From Candidatus Saccharimonas aalborgensis (lineage in GTDB: Bacteria > Patescibacteriota > Saccharimonadia > Saccharimonadales > Saccharimonadaceae): DNA of 32,000 nucleotides. The notes below the pieces were generated by a model. That model ran no database searches and was not told the DNA's origin. It was given only the letters and a program-made list of their open reading frames with translations. Within the stretch, counting starts at the first letter, position 1. Each line of letters opens with the position of its first letter. The translations under genes and the position numbers were made by a program. The stretch covers positions 810,001-842,000 of the forward strand of contig NC_021219.1 of the NCBI RefSeq assembly GCF_000392435.1, read 5' to 3'. Shown piece after piece: positions 14,503-23,170 of this stretch.

Positions 14503-15333
14503 CTACAGCTTTACTAAATCTATCTCTTGCTCCTCGTCTATCTTCTGCCATAACCTACTTGTAGTCGTGGCTTTTTCTAATTGCTCTCGTGTAATCGTCG
14601 CAAACACAATCTCGTCCCACATATCTTCCTCCTCAACTGCCCGCCGTATCTGCTTAGCCAGTTTTGTCTGTGTGCGCTCGTCTGGACAAATCGCCAAGAC
14701 AGTCGGCAGCTCCCCATGCCCATACGGCCAGTCACCATCTGTGGCGTAATGAATGTAATTGCGTATTTTACGCACGCTCACAAAGAACGGCTTGGTATCG
14801 TCCCATACATCAAGAAAGTAGCGTCGTGGACTACCGGTGCCACCGCTTCCTGTCTTCTTGCCTTTGAAGCTCAGAAACAAGTCTGGCTTCCATGTAGGAA
14901 AGTACTCGTATGGTGTGAGCTGGCTGCTCGCAAATGAACGGAGTTTGTCGTCATATATGGCTTGTAATGTCAGGACGGTATCAGCTACGTTGAGGCAGTG
15001 CGTGATGAACTCTGGCGATACGGTTTTGTTTTTGTAGAGAGCTTTTATAGCCCACTCGTTTGTACTATCTGCTGGTAACTGGCGTGCGCCTTTGGGCGTC
15101 AAAAAATACTCCGCTGGTCGTCCTGCGAGCTTGTATGACTTGTTGTAGTGCTTGCTAATAAAGCCGCGTTCTTCGAGTATCTGTAGCTTGTTCTGTATGG
15201 TCTTCTGGTTCGGTTTAAGTAGGTACTTAGCTATTTGTTTACTATTACTGAAACGTACTTTATACAGCCAGTCTAATACCGCTACTTGCTCTAGGTTTAA
15301 GGGTCTTCTATACTTCGGTTCTGCTACTGTCAT
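14503..15333 (-). CDS. Replication-relaxation-family (winged-HTH) protein
   Basis: The N-terminal wHTH-like segment LNLEQVAVLDWLYKVRFSNSKQIAKYLLKPNQKTIQNKLQILEERGFISKHY resembles the Replic_Relax family. I moved the start to ATG 15333 (MTVAEPKYRR). The 41-codon upstream extension in the track is low-complexity and would overlap the transposase gene. Confidence 0.5.
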   Translation of the reverse strand: MTVAEPKYRRPLNLEQVAVLDWLYKVRFSNSKQIAKYLLKPNQKTIQNKLQILEERGFISKHYNKSYKLAGRPAEYFLTPKGARQLPADSTNEWAIKALYKNKTVSPEFITHCLNVADTVLTLQAIYDDKLRSFASSQLTPYEYFPTWKPDLFLSFKGKKTGSGGTGSPRRYFLDVWDDTKPFFVSVRKIRNYIHYATDGDWPYGHGELPTVLAICPDERTQTKLAKQIRRAVEEEDMWDEIVFATITREQLEKATTTSRLWQKIDEEQEIDLVKL

Positions 15334-15440
15334 ACGCTTAGTCACTTTCTTCTTATATTTATATATAAAAAGAGAGGAAAAGAAAAGAAGTGAAAACAGA
15401 TAGAAAGAGTAGTTATAGGTTGGGTATCGATACCAAAGTT

Positions 15441-16385
15441 TTAAGAACGCCTGCAAATGAGGTTCCTGTACATCAGGCGCTTGCCGTCGATGTTATCAAA
15501 CCATACCTCAAAACGCTCGCCGTCAGTCAGTTCGCGCGTATTCCAGCGGAACGTATATTCATCACAGTATAGCTGCAAATGCTTGGCGCTTACATGGTGG
15601 TAAATACCATTGATACCGCGCTTTAGGTGCGACCAAAAGCCCTCTGCGGTGTTCGTACTAGCCATGCCGTTTACAAACTCTTTGACGCCGTGGTTGACGC
15701 TTTCGTGCTTGAAACCAATTTTAGGCAGGGTGCGATACGGCATGTGTTCGTCTGTGTAGATCGTAGCGTCAATAGCAATGTTCTTGCGCGCTAGGTTCAT
15801 GAGCGTAGCGCTACCTGTGTCTTTTGTTGCAATAACGCGTAGGCGGCCGCCACGTTCAACCATGCCGACGACAGGAGCTTTACTATTCTTGCTGCCGTGG
15901 CCTTGTGCGCCTTTGCCAGTAAGAGTCTTAAGTTTCTTGTTGTGGTGCTTGTATTTATCTGAGCCGCCTATATACGCCTCGTCCATTTCAACCTCACCAG
16001 TTAGCTTCTCGAAGCTGCCAGTTTCAAACACATGGCGTATACGTTGGAGCATAAACCAAGCAGTTTTTTGGGTGACGCCAATATACTTACTTAGCTGAAT
16101 AGAAGACACGCCCTTTTTGAGGCTCGTACATAGATAGATCGCCAAAAACCATTTACGGAGCGGTACAGGGCTTTCTTCAAAGATAATACCCATACGGACG
16201 GTAAATGGGTTACGGCAGCTAGCGCACTTCATGCGGCCGCTGGCGAGCTTATAATACTTGATACCTATTTCACCACATTTTGGGCAAGTAACGCCGTCTG
16301 ACCAGCGCTGCTCAAACAAGAACTTTTGACACTGTTCTTCTGTGGCAAATGAGTCGTAGAATTGGATGAGGTTGAATGCTTCCAT
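15441..16385 (-). CDS. IS1595-family (ISXO2-like) DDE transposase
   Basis: N-terminal zinc-ribbon/HTH: FATEEQCQKFLFEQRWSDGVTCPKCGE...KCASCRNPFTVRMGIIFEESPVPLRKWFLAIYL...GVSSIQLSKYIGVTQKTAWFMLQRIR. This is followed by a DDE domain (EVEMDEAYIGG...TDEHMPY...). Confidence 0.9.
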   Translation of the reverse strand: MEAFNLIQFYDSFATEEQCQKFLFEQRWSDGVTCPKCGEIGIKYYKLASGRMKCASCRNPFTVRMGIIFEESPVPLRKWFLAIYLCTSLKKGVSSIQLSKYIGVTQKTAWFMLQRIRHVFETGSFEKLTGEVEMDEAYIGGSDKYKHHNKKLKTLTGKGAQGHGSKNSKAPVVGMVERGGRLRVIATKDTGSATLMNLARKNIAIDATIYTDEHMPYRTLPKIGFKHESVNHGVKEFVNGMASTNTAEGFWSHLKRGINGIYHHVSAKHLQLYCDEYTFRWNTRELTDGERFEVWFDNIDGKRLMYRNLICRRS

Positions 16386-16405
16386 GCCTCTATTGTATCA
16401 GGGGT

Positions 16406-16433
16406 AGTTGGTAACGTCAAGTATATAATTACC
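16406..16433 (-). repeat. Right terminal inverted repeat of the IS1595-family element
   Basis: The reverse complement reads GGTAATTATATACTTGACGTTACCAACT and pairs with 8269..8296. Confidence 0.75.
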
Positions 16434-16441
16434 ATTACTTA
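16434..16441. repeat. Right copy of the 8-bp target-site duplication ATTACTTA
   Basis: Identical to 8261..8268 and directly abuts the right IR. Confidence 0.8.
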
Positions 16442-16499
16442 TGATATAAATATTGGTGTAAGGGTAGACCAAACGATTGAGTGAGGAGGTGAAATACAA

Positions 16500-16724
16500 G
16501 TGAGTCCACTTGTGGATCCGGCAGCGTTTACGTCGGCACATTCCAGGGGTGAGGCTATCCTCTTGATGGTCTTGGGGACGGTGCTCATCATCATGGGAGC
16601 GTTACTCGGCGTCGTTACGAGCCAGTGGTTCACCGGCGTCATGGCTGTGCTTCTGGGTGCACTCGGTGGCTGGACGGGAGTTGTCCTGAATCGCGAGATT
16701 ACCAAGGGGCGCCGGCGCGCCTGA
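16500..16724 (+). CDS. Small two-TM hypothetical membrane protein (74 aa), GC-rich
   Basis: GTG start preceded by a strong SD (GAGGAGGTGA) at about 8 nt. Hydrophobic segments are AILLMVLGTVLIIMGALLGVV and VMAVLLGALGGWTGVVL. Confidence 0.55.
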   Translation: MSPLVDPAAFTSAHSRGEAILLMVLGTVLIIMGALLGVVTSQWFTGVMAVLLGALGGWTGVVLNREITKGRRRA

Positions 16725-16738
16725 TATTCTGCCCCCCC

Positions 16739-16767
16739 AAAAAAAAGCCCAGGGAACCTCCCTGGCC
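16739..16767 (-). terminator. Rho-independent terminator of der
   Basis: CCAGGGA (16749-16755) pairs with TCCCTGG (16759-16765). On the minus strand the stem is followed by T8 (plus-strand A8, 16739-16746). Confidence 0.7.
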
Positions 16768-16808
16768 CCCCGTCCTTGTTGGCGGGGGTTCGTTCTATGG
16801 TGACAAGA

Positions 16809-18215
16809 TTATTTGGCGGATTGTTCGGCTTTCTTGCGCTGCTTGTATGCTTTTGTAACGGGTTCAAGACCCTTGGCAATACGTTCGCGGTTGGCCTTGA
16901 TTTGTTTTTCGTCGCGGTAGCTAAACTTTACAGGAGTGCCACTATAATCATACGTTTCGCGCAGCAGTCGCTCCAGATAGCGTTTGTAGCTCCAGTGGAC
17001 AAACTTGAGGTTGCTCCCATAGATGACGAACCATGGCGGAGCGGTATCGGTCTGAACCATATAGCGGAGTTTGGGGTGCGAGTTTTTGAGACCGGCCGGT
17101 GGATGTTTTTGGACGGCTTGCTGTAAGAGATCGTTGAGAACACGCGTCTTAGTTGCCTGATTGCGGCGAGTGATAATGTCGGTAGCAAGCTCAAAGAGTT
17201 TGGTAACGTTTTGACCAGTCACACTGCTCGTAAAAATGAGTGGTGCCCAAGGTACAAAATCGAAGCTGTGGGCTATTTTCGGGGCGAGGGCGTCGCGAGT
17301 AAAGGCGTCTTTTCCCTCCACACTGTCCCATTTGCTTACAACCAAGACTAGCCCTTTGCCCGCTTCGTTGATGAGACCAGCCAGACGTTGGTCGAGTTGG
17401 GTGTTTAGCTCGCCAACATCCATCAGGAGGAAGCAAACATCGGCTTCTTCGATGGCCTGGAGCGTGCGCAAGACCGAAAACTTTTCGATTCCCACCTCTT
17501 GCTTTCCCTGGCGACGGACACCCGCTGTGTCAATGAGCTCGAGTGTTTGGCGGTGAAACGTTACGCGAGTGCGCCCGAGATCGCGGGTCGTCCCTGCGAT
17601 ATTTGCGACAAGCGCTTGCTGCTTGCCAGCGAGCGTGTTGAACAAGTGACTTTTGCCAACATTTGGACGACCAATCAATGCGATTCGTACGACGTCATCT
17701 GGCTCAGACTCGCGTGCTATGGGGATCAAGTCTGTAATCTTGGTTAATAGCTCGGCGATACCGCTGTTATGCTCAGCACTTGTACGAATACTGTCGCTTA
17801 TCCCTAGGCAGCGAAACTCTGTGTCGGGCAGACTCGTTTTTAGATCAGCCTTGTTTGTAACGAGGATAACTGGTTTTTTGCTCTTGAGCGCTTTTTTGGC
17901 AACCATGCGATCCTCATCGCCTGGGTACTCAGTACTATCAACGACAACAATGATAACATCTGCGGCCTCAGCAGCATCATCAATCTGGTGTTGAATGGTT
18001 GCCTCGAACTCATCCAATGGATCCTTGAGACCGGCCGTGTCGACAAGCCAAAATTGATGGTCTTGGTACTGCACCTTGCCCGTGACGTTATCTCGGGTGG
18101 TCCCAGCCTCACGGGCAACAATTGCTTGCTGTGAGCGGACCATACGATTAAAAAGCGAGCTTTTGCCCGCATTCGCACGTCCGATAATAGCAACCATAGG
18201 GAGTTTTGCCGCCAT
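16809..18215 (-). CDS. der: Ribosome-associated GTPase Der (EngA)
   Basis: Two tandem GTPase domains (GRANAGKSSLFN...DTAG; GRPNVGKSHLFN...DTAG...SKWD) plus a KH-like C-terminus. I placed the start at ATG 18215 (MAAKLPMVAIIG). The 40-codon upstream extension in the track is implausible. Confidence 0.9.
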   Translation of the reverse strand: MAAKLPMVAIIGRANAGKSSLFNRMVRSQQAIVAREAGTTRDNVTGKVQYQDHQFWLVDTAGLKDPLDEFEATIQHQIDDAAEAADVIIVVVDSTEYPGDEDRMVAKKALKSKKPVILVTNKADLKTSLPDTEFRCLGISDSIRTSAEHNSGIAELLTKITDLIPIARESEPDDVVRIALIGRPNVGKSHLFNTLAGKQQALVANIAGTTRDLGRTRVTFHRQTLELIDTAGVRRQGKQEVGIEKFSVLRTLQAIEEADVCFLLMDVGELNTQLDQRLAGLINEAGKGLVLVVSKWDSVEGKDAFTRDALAPKIAHSFDFVPWAPLIFTSSVTGQNVTKLFELATDIITRRNQATKTRVLNDLLQQAVQKHPPAGLKNSHPKLRYMVQTDTAPPWFVIYGSNLKFVHWSYKRYLERLLRETYDYSGTPVKFSYRDEKQIKANRERIAKGLEPVTKAYKQRKKAEQSAK

Positions 18216-18337
18216 AATAGAGATAGTATAACAGAGGTAACGAGAAATAGCGAGCGTAAACACTATAATCTGAGTATTCCATAAGATTGACCAATAACAA
18301 ATAAAGTGATATAAAAACATGAATAAGGAAATCATCT

Positions 18338-19246
18338 ATGGCCGCACCGAGTAGTGAACAGCGACAACAATTTATTGGAGACAGTCTCGAGCGGGCATGG
18401 GGCTTTTTGCGTCATGAGGGTGTGAGGGATATCTTGGGTGCGACGACTGTCGCGGTGCTTGAGCGGCGGCTTAGCCAGGTAGTGATACCAGATATGGCCG
18501 TGTCGACTTCGGGGCTTGAGATAGATTTGCCGAGTCATGGTGAAAGTCAACAGGTATTTCCGGTTGTCGCCATGCTCCCCGGTGAGAACCTCTGCTATCC
18601 GAAAGAGATGACGACACAAGCGGATGAAGTTGTTGAAGCGCAGATTAGGCGCATGAGAGAGCTTTGTCCTAACCTGAGCCATCAAGATGCACTCGATGCA
18701 CTTATACGCCGAGAAGCGTATCGCCGCCAAGATACCACAACTAAGATTGAAATGGGGAGGGGCTATAGTGCTCAGGTCTTCACGGAGCGTGGCGAACACT
18801 CTGTTGGTGGTACACGCTTTGCAATCTATCAACAGCCGATCGTTGCCTTTGCCATGCAAGATGCCAAGAATGTCACCTATCCTTTTGCGCATCCTGTCGT
18901 GACAACGCATGAAGTGACACACCTCGATGACTATAGTATGTTTCCTGTTGTCGATATGAACGTAACGCTCCCCCACGAGTATCGGCTTAGTTCCGAACTA
19001 AGGGCATATCATATCTCTGCTCTGGCTGAAACAGCTATCGACAGATACGGTCTCGACAGCAACGGTCTCTGGCATAGAGCAGTTTATCCTGGTAGGCCGA
19101 CAGTATCATCGAGGGTTGAAGCGTTGCGCCGTTTGCACACTACGGCAGAACGTCCCTATCGACCGTTGCCATCACTATATCTTGCGCTCGAGGTAGAAGG
19201 TCTGGAAAGTATTTATCAAGCAAATATATCGCCTACTGAATATTAA
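18338..19246 (+). CDS. Hypothetical protein (302 aa) with an HExxH motif (possible zinc metallopeptidase)
   Basis: ORF track 18338..19246 (+). The motif is VVTTHEVTHLDD. It is divergent from der across an AT-rich ~120-bp gap. The antisense ORF 18332..18976 has poor composition. Confidence 0.5.
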   Translation: MAAPSSEQRQQFIGDSLERAWGFLRHEGVRDILGATTVAVLERRLSQVVIPDMAVSTSGLEIDLPSHGESQQVFPVVAMLPGENLCYPKEMTTQADEVVEAQIRRMRELCPNLSHQDALDALIRREAYRRQDTTTKIEMGRGYSAQVFTERGEHSVGGTRFAIYQQPIVAFAMQDAKNVTYPFAHPVVTTHEVTHLDDYSMFPVVDMNVTLPHEYRLSSELRAYHISALAETAIDRYGLDSNGLWHRAVYPGRPTVSSRVEALRRLHTTAERPYRPLPSLYLALEVEGLESIYQANISPTEY

Positions 19247-19928
19247 TCTGATGGTAAAGACCGCGCTTTATATCACCCAGTGAATAATTACCGAAATTAG
19301 TCCTATCGAGCCTCACCACTGTATATCCTAGTGCGGCAAAAGTACGGCGTATCTGTCGATTACGGCCTTCACTCATCGTTACTTGCCACTCGCGCAAATT
19401 GCCATCACGCAGTTTTGCTAAGGTCAGTTGACTACGTCCATCGTCGAGAGTGATGCCGATGTCACTAATCATTTGCTGGTGGAGTGGTTCGAGATCACGA
19501 TCGAGGCGTATACGGTATACTTTTGTTTTGCGATACTGAGGGTGCGTCATGCGGTGGGCAAAGTCTCCATCATTGGTAAGTATGATAAGGCCTGAGCTGT
19601 CCTTATCGAGACGACCAACTGATTTAAGGTGTTTGAGGGGTAATGGTAGAAGGTCGTAAATTGTTGGGGTATCTCCCTGGGAGCGTCGTGAACAGACGTA
19701 CCCGGCGGGCTTATTGAGGAGGAGGTAGGTGTACTTGGTGGGTGCCAAGGGTATTTCTTTGTTGTTTACCGTAATATGATCAGATGAGCTTACCTGGAGG
19801 CCGAGTTGAGCGGTGACGCCATTAACACACACGCTACCTTTTTCGATCAGCAGATCCGCTTCGCGACGTGAAATACCAAGCGCAAGAGCGAGGTATTTAT
19901 TGAGTCGCTGTGAATTACCAGGTAACAC
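19233..19928 (-). CDS. RsuA/RluB-family rRNA pseudouridine synthase
   Basis: N-terminal S4 domain (RLNKYLALALGISRREADLLIEKGSVCVNG) and the catalytic motif GRLDKDSSGLIILTNDG. Confidence 0.85.
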   Translation of the reverse strand: MLPGNSQRLNKYLALALGISRREADLLIEKGSVCVNGVTAQLGLQVSSSDHITVNNKEIPLAPTKYTYLLLNKPAGYVCSRRSQGDTPTIYDLLPLPLKHLKSVGRLDKDSSGLIILTNDGDFAHRMTHPQYRKTKVYRIRLDRDLEPLHQQMISDIGITLDDGRSQLTLAKLRDGNLREWQVTMSEGRNRQIRRTFAALGYTVVRLDRTNFGNYSLGDIKRGLYHQINIQ

Positions 19929-19939
19929 GATAGTTCGTA

Positions 19940-20881
19940 TTATACAACAGGAGTGACCGGATTGCTCGGTGGCGTCGGAGACTGAGGCATGGGTACTGTG
20001 GGCAGAGGAGGCGCTACAGGCGGCCGAGGTGTTTCCTCAAAGGAAAGACCACTGGCGGCCGGTGGGGTCGCAACTACCGGTGCAGAAAACGTTGGTGGAG
20101 GCGTTGGAATGGGAGGAGCGGTGGGAGCTTGCGGTTGAGGCATTACGGGTGCAGCGGTGCCTTGGACGCCGTTTGCCAGTTCTCTTGCCATGAGATTGTT
20201 GTAGTCGCGCGGAGGTTCTGAAGGCTGCAGTGGATGAATGACCCTATCCCCGAGTGTAGCCGGGCGAGGGGTGGAAAACGGTGCAGTCGGTTGCGGCAGA
20301 GGTGGTGGTGATGCCTGGGGCTGTGTTAAGGTGGGCGCTGGCTGAGGTGATGGTGCGGACGTAGCTGCCGTTGGTTGAGGAAGCGGAGCGGCAGGGGGCA
20401 TGGGAGCAACAGGAGCTACGGGTGCTGGAGAGGAAGTAGGCGCTGCCGGCGAAGGGGGTAACGGGGCGGAAGTGGTAGAGGAAGCGGGCCTCAGCGTATT
20501 TGCAGTGATAGGTGCGTCACCTAAGACTTCATGCACTGTGCGTACGACGTCCTCAATACCAACCTGTGACTTTACCAGGTAGCGATCGGCGCCAAGGCTT
20601 TCACCCCGCTTACGCTGATCTTCGCTGCTAAGAGCGGTCATCATAATGACCTTAATGCCCTTCGTCTCGGTTGTTGATCGCAGGATATCAAGCATATCGA
20701 ATCCACTGATTTTTGGCATCATCACATCACTAACAATAAGATCAGGACGATCCTTGATTGCCATGGCGAGTGCTTCTTCGCCGTCGCCTGCCGAGACAAT
20801 ATCGTATCCTTCCGCTAATAGGCGTACACCGTAGATCTCTCGTAAGCTTTTGTCATCCTCGACTAGCAGTATCTTTGTCAT
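19940..20881 (-). CDS. Response regulator: receiver domain plus a ~190-aa Pro/Ala/Thr-rich tail, with no recognisable output domain
   Basis: MTKILLVEDDKSLREIYGVRLLAEGYDIVSAGDGEEALAM...DLIVSDVMMPKISGFD...KVIMMTAL. The remainder is PAPTSSPAPVAPVAPMPPAAPLPQP...-type low complexity. The start ATG at 20881 follows GGAGG. Confidence 0.85.
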   Translation of the reverse strand: MTKILLVEDDKSLREIYGVRLLAEGYDIVSAGDGEEALAMAIKDRPDLIVSDVMMPKISGFDMLDILRSTTETKGIKVIMMTALSSEDQRKRGESLGADRYLVKSQVGIEDVVRTVHEVLGDAPITANTLRPASSTTSAPLPPSPAAPTSSPAPVAPVAPMPPAAPLPQPTAATSAPSPQPAPTLTQPQASPPPLPQPTAPFSTPRPATLGDRVIHPLQPSEPPRDYNNLMARELANGVQGTAAPVMPQPQAPTAPPIPTPPPTFSAPVVATPPAASGLSFEETPRPPVAPPLPTVPMPQSPTPPSNPVTPVV

Positions 20882-20932
20882 GTTACCTCCCATTGTATCC
20901 CAGGCATGTAAAAAAAACTATACCCCTCATGC

Positions 20933-22909
20933 TTATCTCTTGATTTCAGCTTGTGGAGACACACGTGTCGCTCCGTGATGGCTGATAAATGCACTTGGAT
21001 TTGCTTCAATTGTTGACAGCGGAATATTTGGAGCGGCGTAGGTTCTTCCTGGAACGAGGGGTTGAGATGCGGGTGCCATCAGAGGTGCCGGTGCTAGTAG
21101 TGGGGTCGTTGGTGGTGCGGTAACCACGCCCACAGGGGCGCTTTGGGAAGGAGTTGAGATGTCAGGAATAGCTGGCAGTGACGGTGGCACAGCAAGTGTT
21201 GTGGTACTTGTTGAAATCGGTGTGGTCGTTGTTGCCGCAGCTGCATTTTCGGCCTCGATACTCGCTTGCTCAATCAGACGCATCGCATCTTCATGGTTGA
21301 TACGGGGAAGCTCCACATAGAAGGTGCTCCCTTTTTTGTATTCGCTTTCTAGCCAAATACGTCCCCCCATTGTTTCGGTGAGGCGACGACAGAGATAGAG
21401 GCCAAGGCCGGTACCACCAATTTCACGCGTGTCGGTATTGTCCACTCGATAAAACTTTTGGAAAAGGTGTGCTTGGTCTTCTCTAGGAATGCCTAACCCC
21501 GTATCGGCGATGCTCATCACGATATGATTGTCATCACCATTGACGTCAACAACAACATCGCCGCTCGGTGTGTACTTGATGGCGTTCTCTATAAGGTTGC
21601 TCATCACCTCGCGGAGGTGATCGTTGTCGACATTGACATAAAATACTGGGCTCAGGCGTCGCCCGTTTAGTTTCTCTTTGGTGACATTGTCTTCGGGTAG
21701 CGGTTTGTAGATAAAATGAAGATTTTTTTCTTTTGCTTTTGACTCAAGCCCCTCAAAGATATCATGAACAAAGGGGACGACATCAACCACTTTAGGGTTA
21801 TTTTTGAGTCGGGCGTCATCTGCCTTGGTGACGTCGAGCAAGTCCTGAAAGAGTCGGCCAAGGTGCTGTGCCGAGGCGTGTGCTTTAGTAATAAAATCAC
21901 GTGCTTTGTCGTCGATGGTAGCGGTATTGGGGTTGAGTGCTAGGCCTAAGTATCCTTCGATAGAAGCAACCGGCGTACGCATTTCGTGACTTGCTGTACT
22001 GATAAACTCGGCTTGTTGACGTTCCTCTGCCTTCTCTCCGCTAATGTCACGAAAAACAATAATAACACCAGAGCCGGCTTGACCAACCGGTGACACAACA
22101 ATGGAGATAAGAGTGGTCTTGCCCGAGCTGGTGACAAGACTGAGAACTGATGAGGTGGCCTGTTTGTTTTCGTTGAGGGCTTTTGTGATCGGATCATTCA
22201 TGACATCAGGTTCTTGATTTTTGCCATCAACGAGTTTGAGTACCGATTTGTAGCTAAGGCCGAGTGCATCTTGCTTGCCCCACCCTATCAGCTGCTGCGC
22301 AGCAGGATTTATCAATTCGACCGACCCTTTACTGTCGAGAGCGATGACTCCGTCGGCAATGGCATTGATCACTACCTCAGATTTGCCCGAAACTTGGCTA
22401 AGCTGTGTCGCGAGTTCATGGTAGGATTTATCCTCCGAGGTTTCCTCGTCGTCATTGTCGCCCTGATGTCCCCAAATGAGCATGCCAACAGCAAGCGGTA
22501 GATCTCCCGCTAGGAGAGCGAGCATGAGACTATTGGTCGTGAGTGTATTGCTCGAATATTGCCAAAAGAGTATAGCGTTGACTACGATAAAAAGCATGAT
22601 GATCCCCTGCTTCCCGAATACGCCCGCAAACACTGACGCAGCCATCCAGAGCGCGATAAATGGCGAAGATATGCCACCCGTCCCAGCCATCAAGCAACCG
22701 ATGGTTACGAGCAGTAGGCCATAGATGAGGCGCGAAGAGAGACCGATAAATCGATGGGGGGTCCACTCGTACGCAATAAAGGAGCTTATGAGGGTCGCTG
22801 CGGCGACGATTGCCGCATAATCTGCGACAAGGAGTGTGTTATTTGGTTGCTTGACTCCTGAAAAGAACGACCACGCGTAGAGGCCAAGAACTGCGGCTGC
22901 TACTAGCAT
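20933..22909 (-). CDS. Sensor histidine kinase (multi-TM N-terminus, PAS-like, HisKA, HATPase_c) with a Pro/Thr/Ala-rich C-terminal tail
   Basis: H-box FISTASHEMRTPVASIEGY; N/G boxes NLIENAIKYTP...DTGLGI...GGTGLGL. About 110 aa of low complexity follow the ATPase domain. Confidence 0.9.
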   Translation of the reverse strand: MLVAAAVLGLYAWSFFSGVKQPNNTLLVADYAAIVAAATLISSFIAYEWTPHRFIGLSSRLIYGLLLVTIGCLMAGTGGISSPFIALWMAASVFAGVFGKQGIIMLFIVVNAILFWQYSSNTLTTNSLMLALLAGDLPLAVGMLIWGHQGDNDDEETSEDKSYHELATQLSQVSGKSEVVINAIADGVIALDSKGSVELINPAAQQLIGWGKQDALGLSYKSVLKLVDGKNQEPDVMNDPITKALNENKQATSSVLSLVTSSGKTTLISIVVSPVGQAGSGVIIVFRDISGEKAEERQQAEFISTASHEMRTPVASIEGYLGLALNPNTATIDDKARDFITKAHASAQHLGRLFQDLLDVTKADDARLKNNPKVVDVVPFVHDIFEGLESKAKEKNLHFIYKPLPEDNVTKEKLNGRRLSPVFYVNVDNDHLREVMSNLIENAIKYTPSGDVVVDVNGDDNHIVMSIADTGLGIPREDQAHLFQKFYRVDNTDTREIGGTGLGLYLCRRLTETMGGRIWLESEYKKGSTFYVELPRINHEDAMRLIEQASIEAENAAAATTTTPISTSTTTLAVPPSLPAIPDISTPSQSAPVGVVTAPPTTPLLAPAPLMAPASQPLVPGRTYAAPNIPLSTIEANPSAFISHHGATRVSPQAEIKR

Positions 22910-23170
22910 AACTGCTTCACAGAGCCGCCGATGCCAAAAGCGATTTAATTGGCGTGGTTTAATAAAATTGCCCCCTCGTTTGCTATCGATAGTACTTACG
23001 GTTAGTATAACGCATCAACGGGGGTGATTGCAACAATTCTGTCATATGAGGGTACGGAAGAAGCCCGAGAAAGGACCTGGGCTTCTCTCGCGGCTAAGAT
23101 GACCACCTCCAATATATTGGGATGGTGTTGATCTGAGGTGTGACGATGCCATGGGGACTACCTGATAATA

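Noticed and set aside
15334-15440. Search for a second inverted repeat just downstream of the transposase stop, which would define a ~1-kb minimal IS
   Set aside because: No GGnAATTATATACTTGA-like sequence is present. There is only a local palindrome (GGTATCGATACC) and an AT/purine-rich tract. The distant IR at 8269 with a matching TSD is therefore taken as the true end.
18216-18335. N-terminal extensions of track ORFs: der to 18335, Replic_Relax to 15456, MMPL to 26629, sigma-like to 2081, and hypothetical 8593 to 9099
   Set aside because: The extensions are low-complexity or hydrophobic nonsense. They overlap neighbouring genes or terminator hairpins. Internal ATGs coincide with the conserved family N-termini.
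18332-18976. Minus-strand 214-aa ORF antisense to the HExxH ORF
   Set aside because: It has Cys/His/Arg-rich junk-like composition. It would abut the der ORF extension with no initiation signals. The plus-strand ORF is longer and starts after an AT-rich divergent promoter region.
19969-20582. + strand ORFs antisense to the Pro-rich tail of the response regulator, and similar antisense ORFs in topA (4147..4932) and the sigma-like gene (1092..1655)
   Set aside because: They are mirror-frame artefacts of long genuine genes and have no initiation signals or recognisable domains.
23059-23086. An 8-bp GC-rich hairpin (AGAAGCCC/GGGCTTCT) downstream of the DUF1295 gene, considered as a terminator
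   Set aside because: There is no U-tract on either strand. It may still act as an RNA-stabilising or Rho-dependent element, but I cannot support a terminator call.
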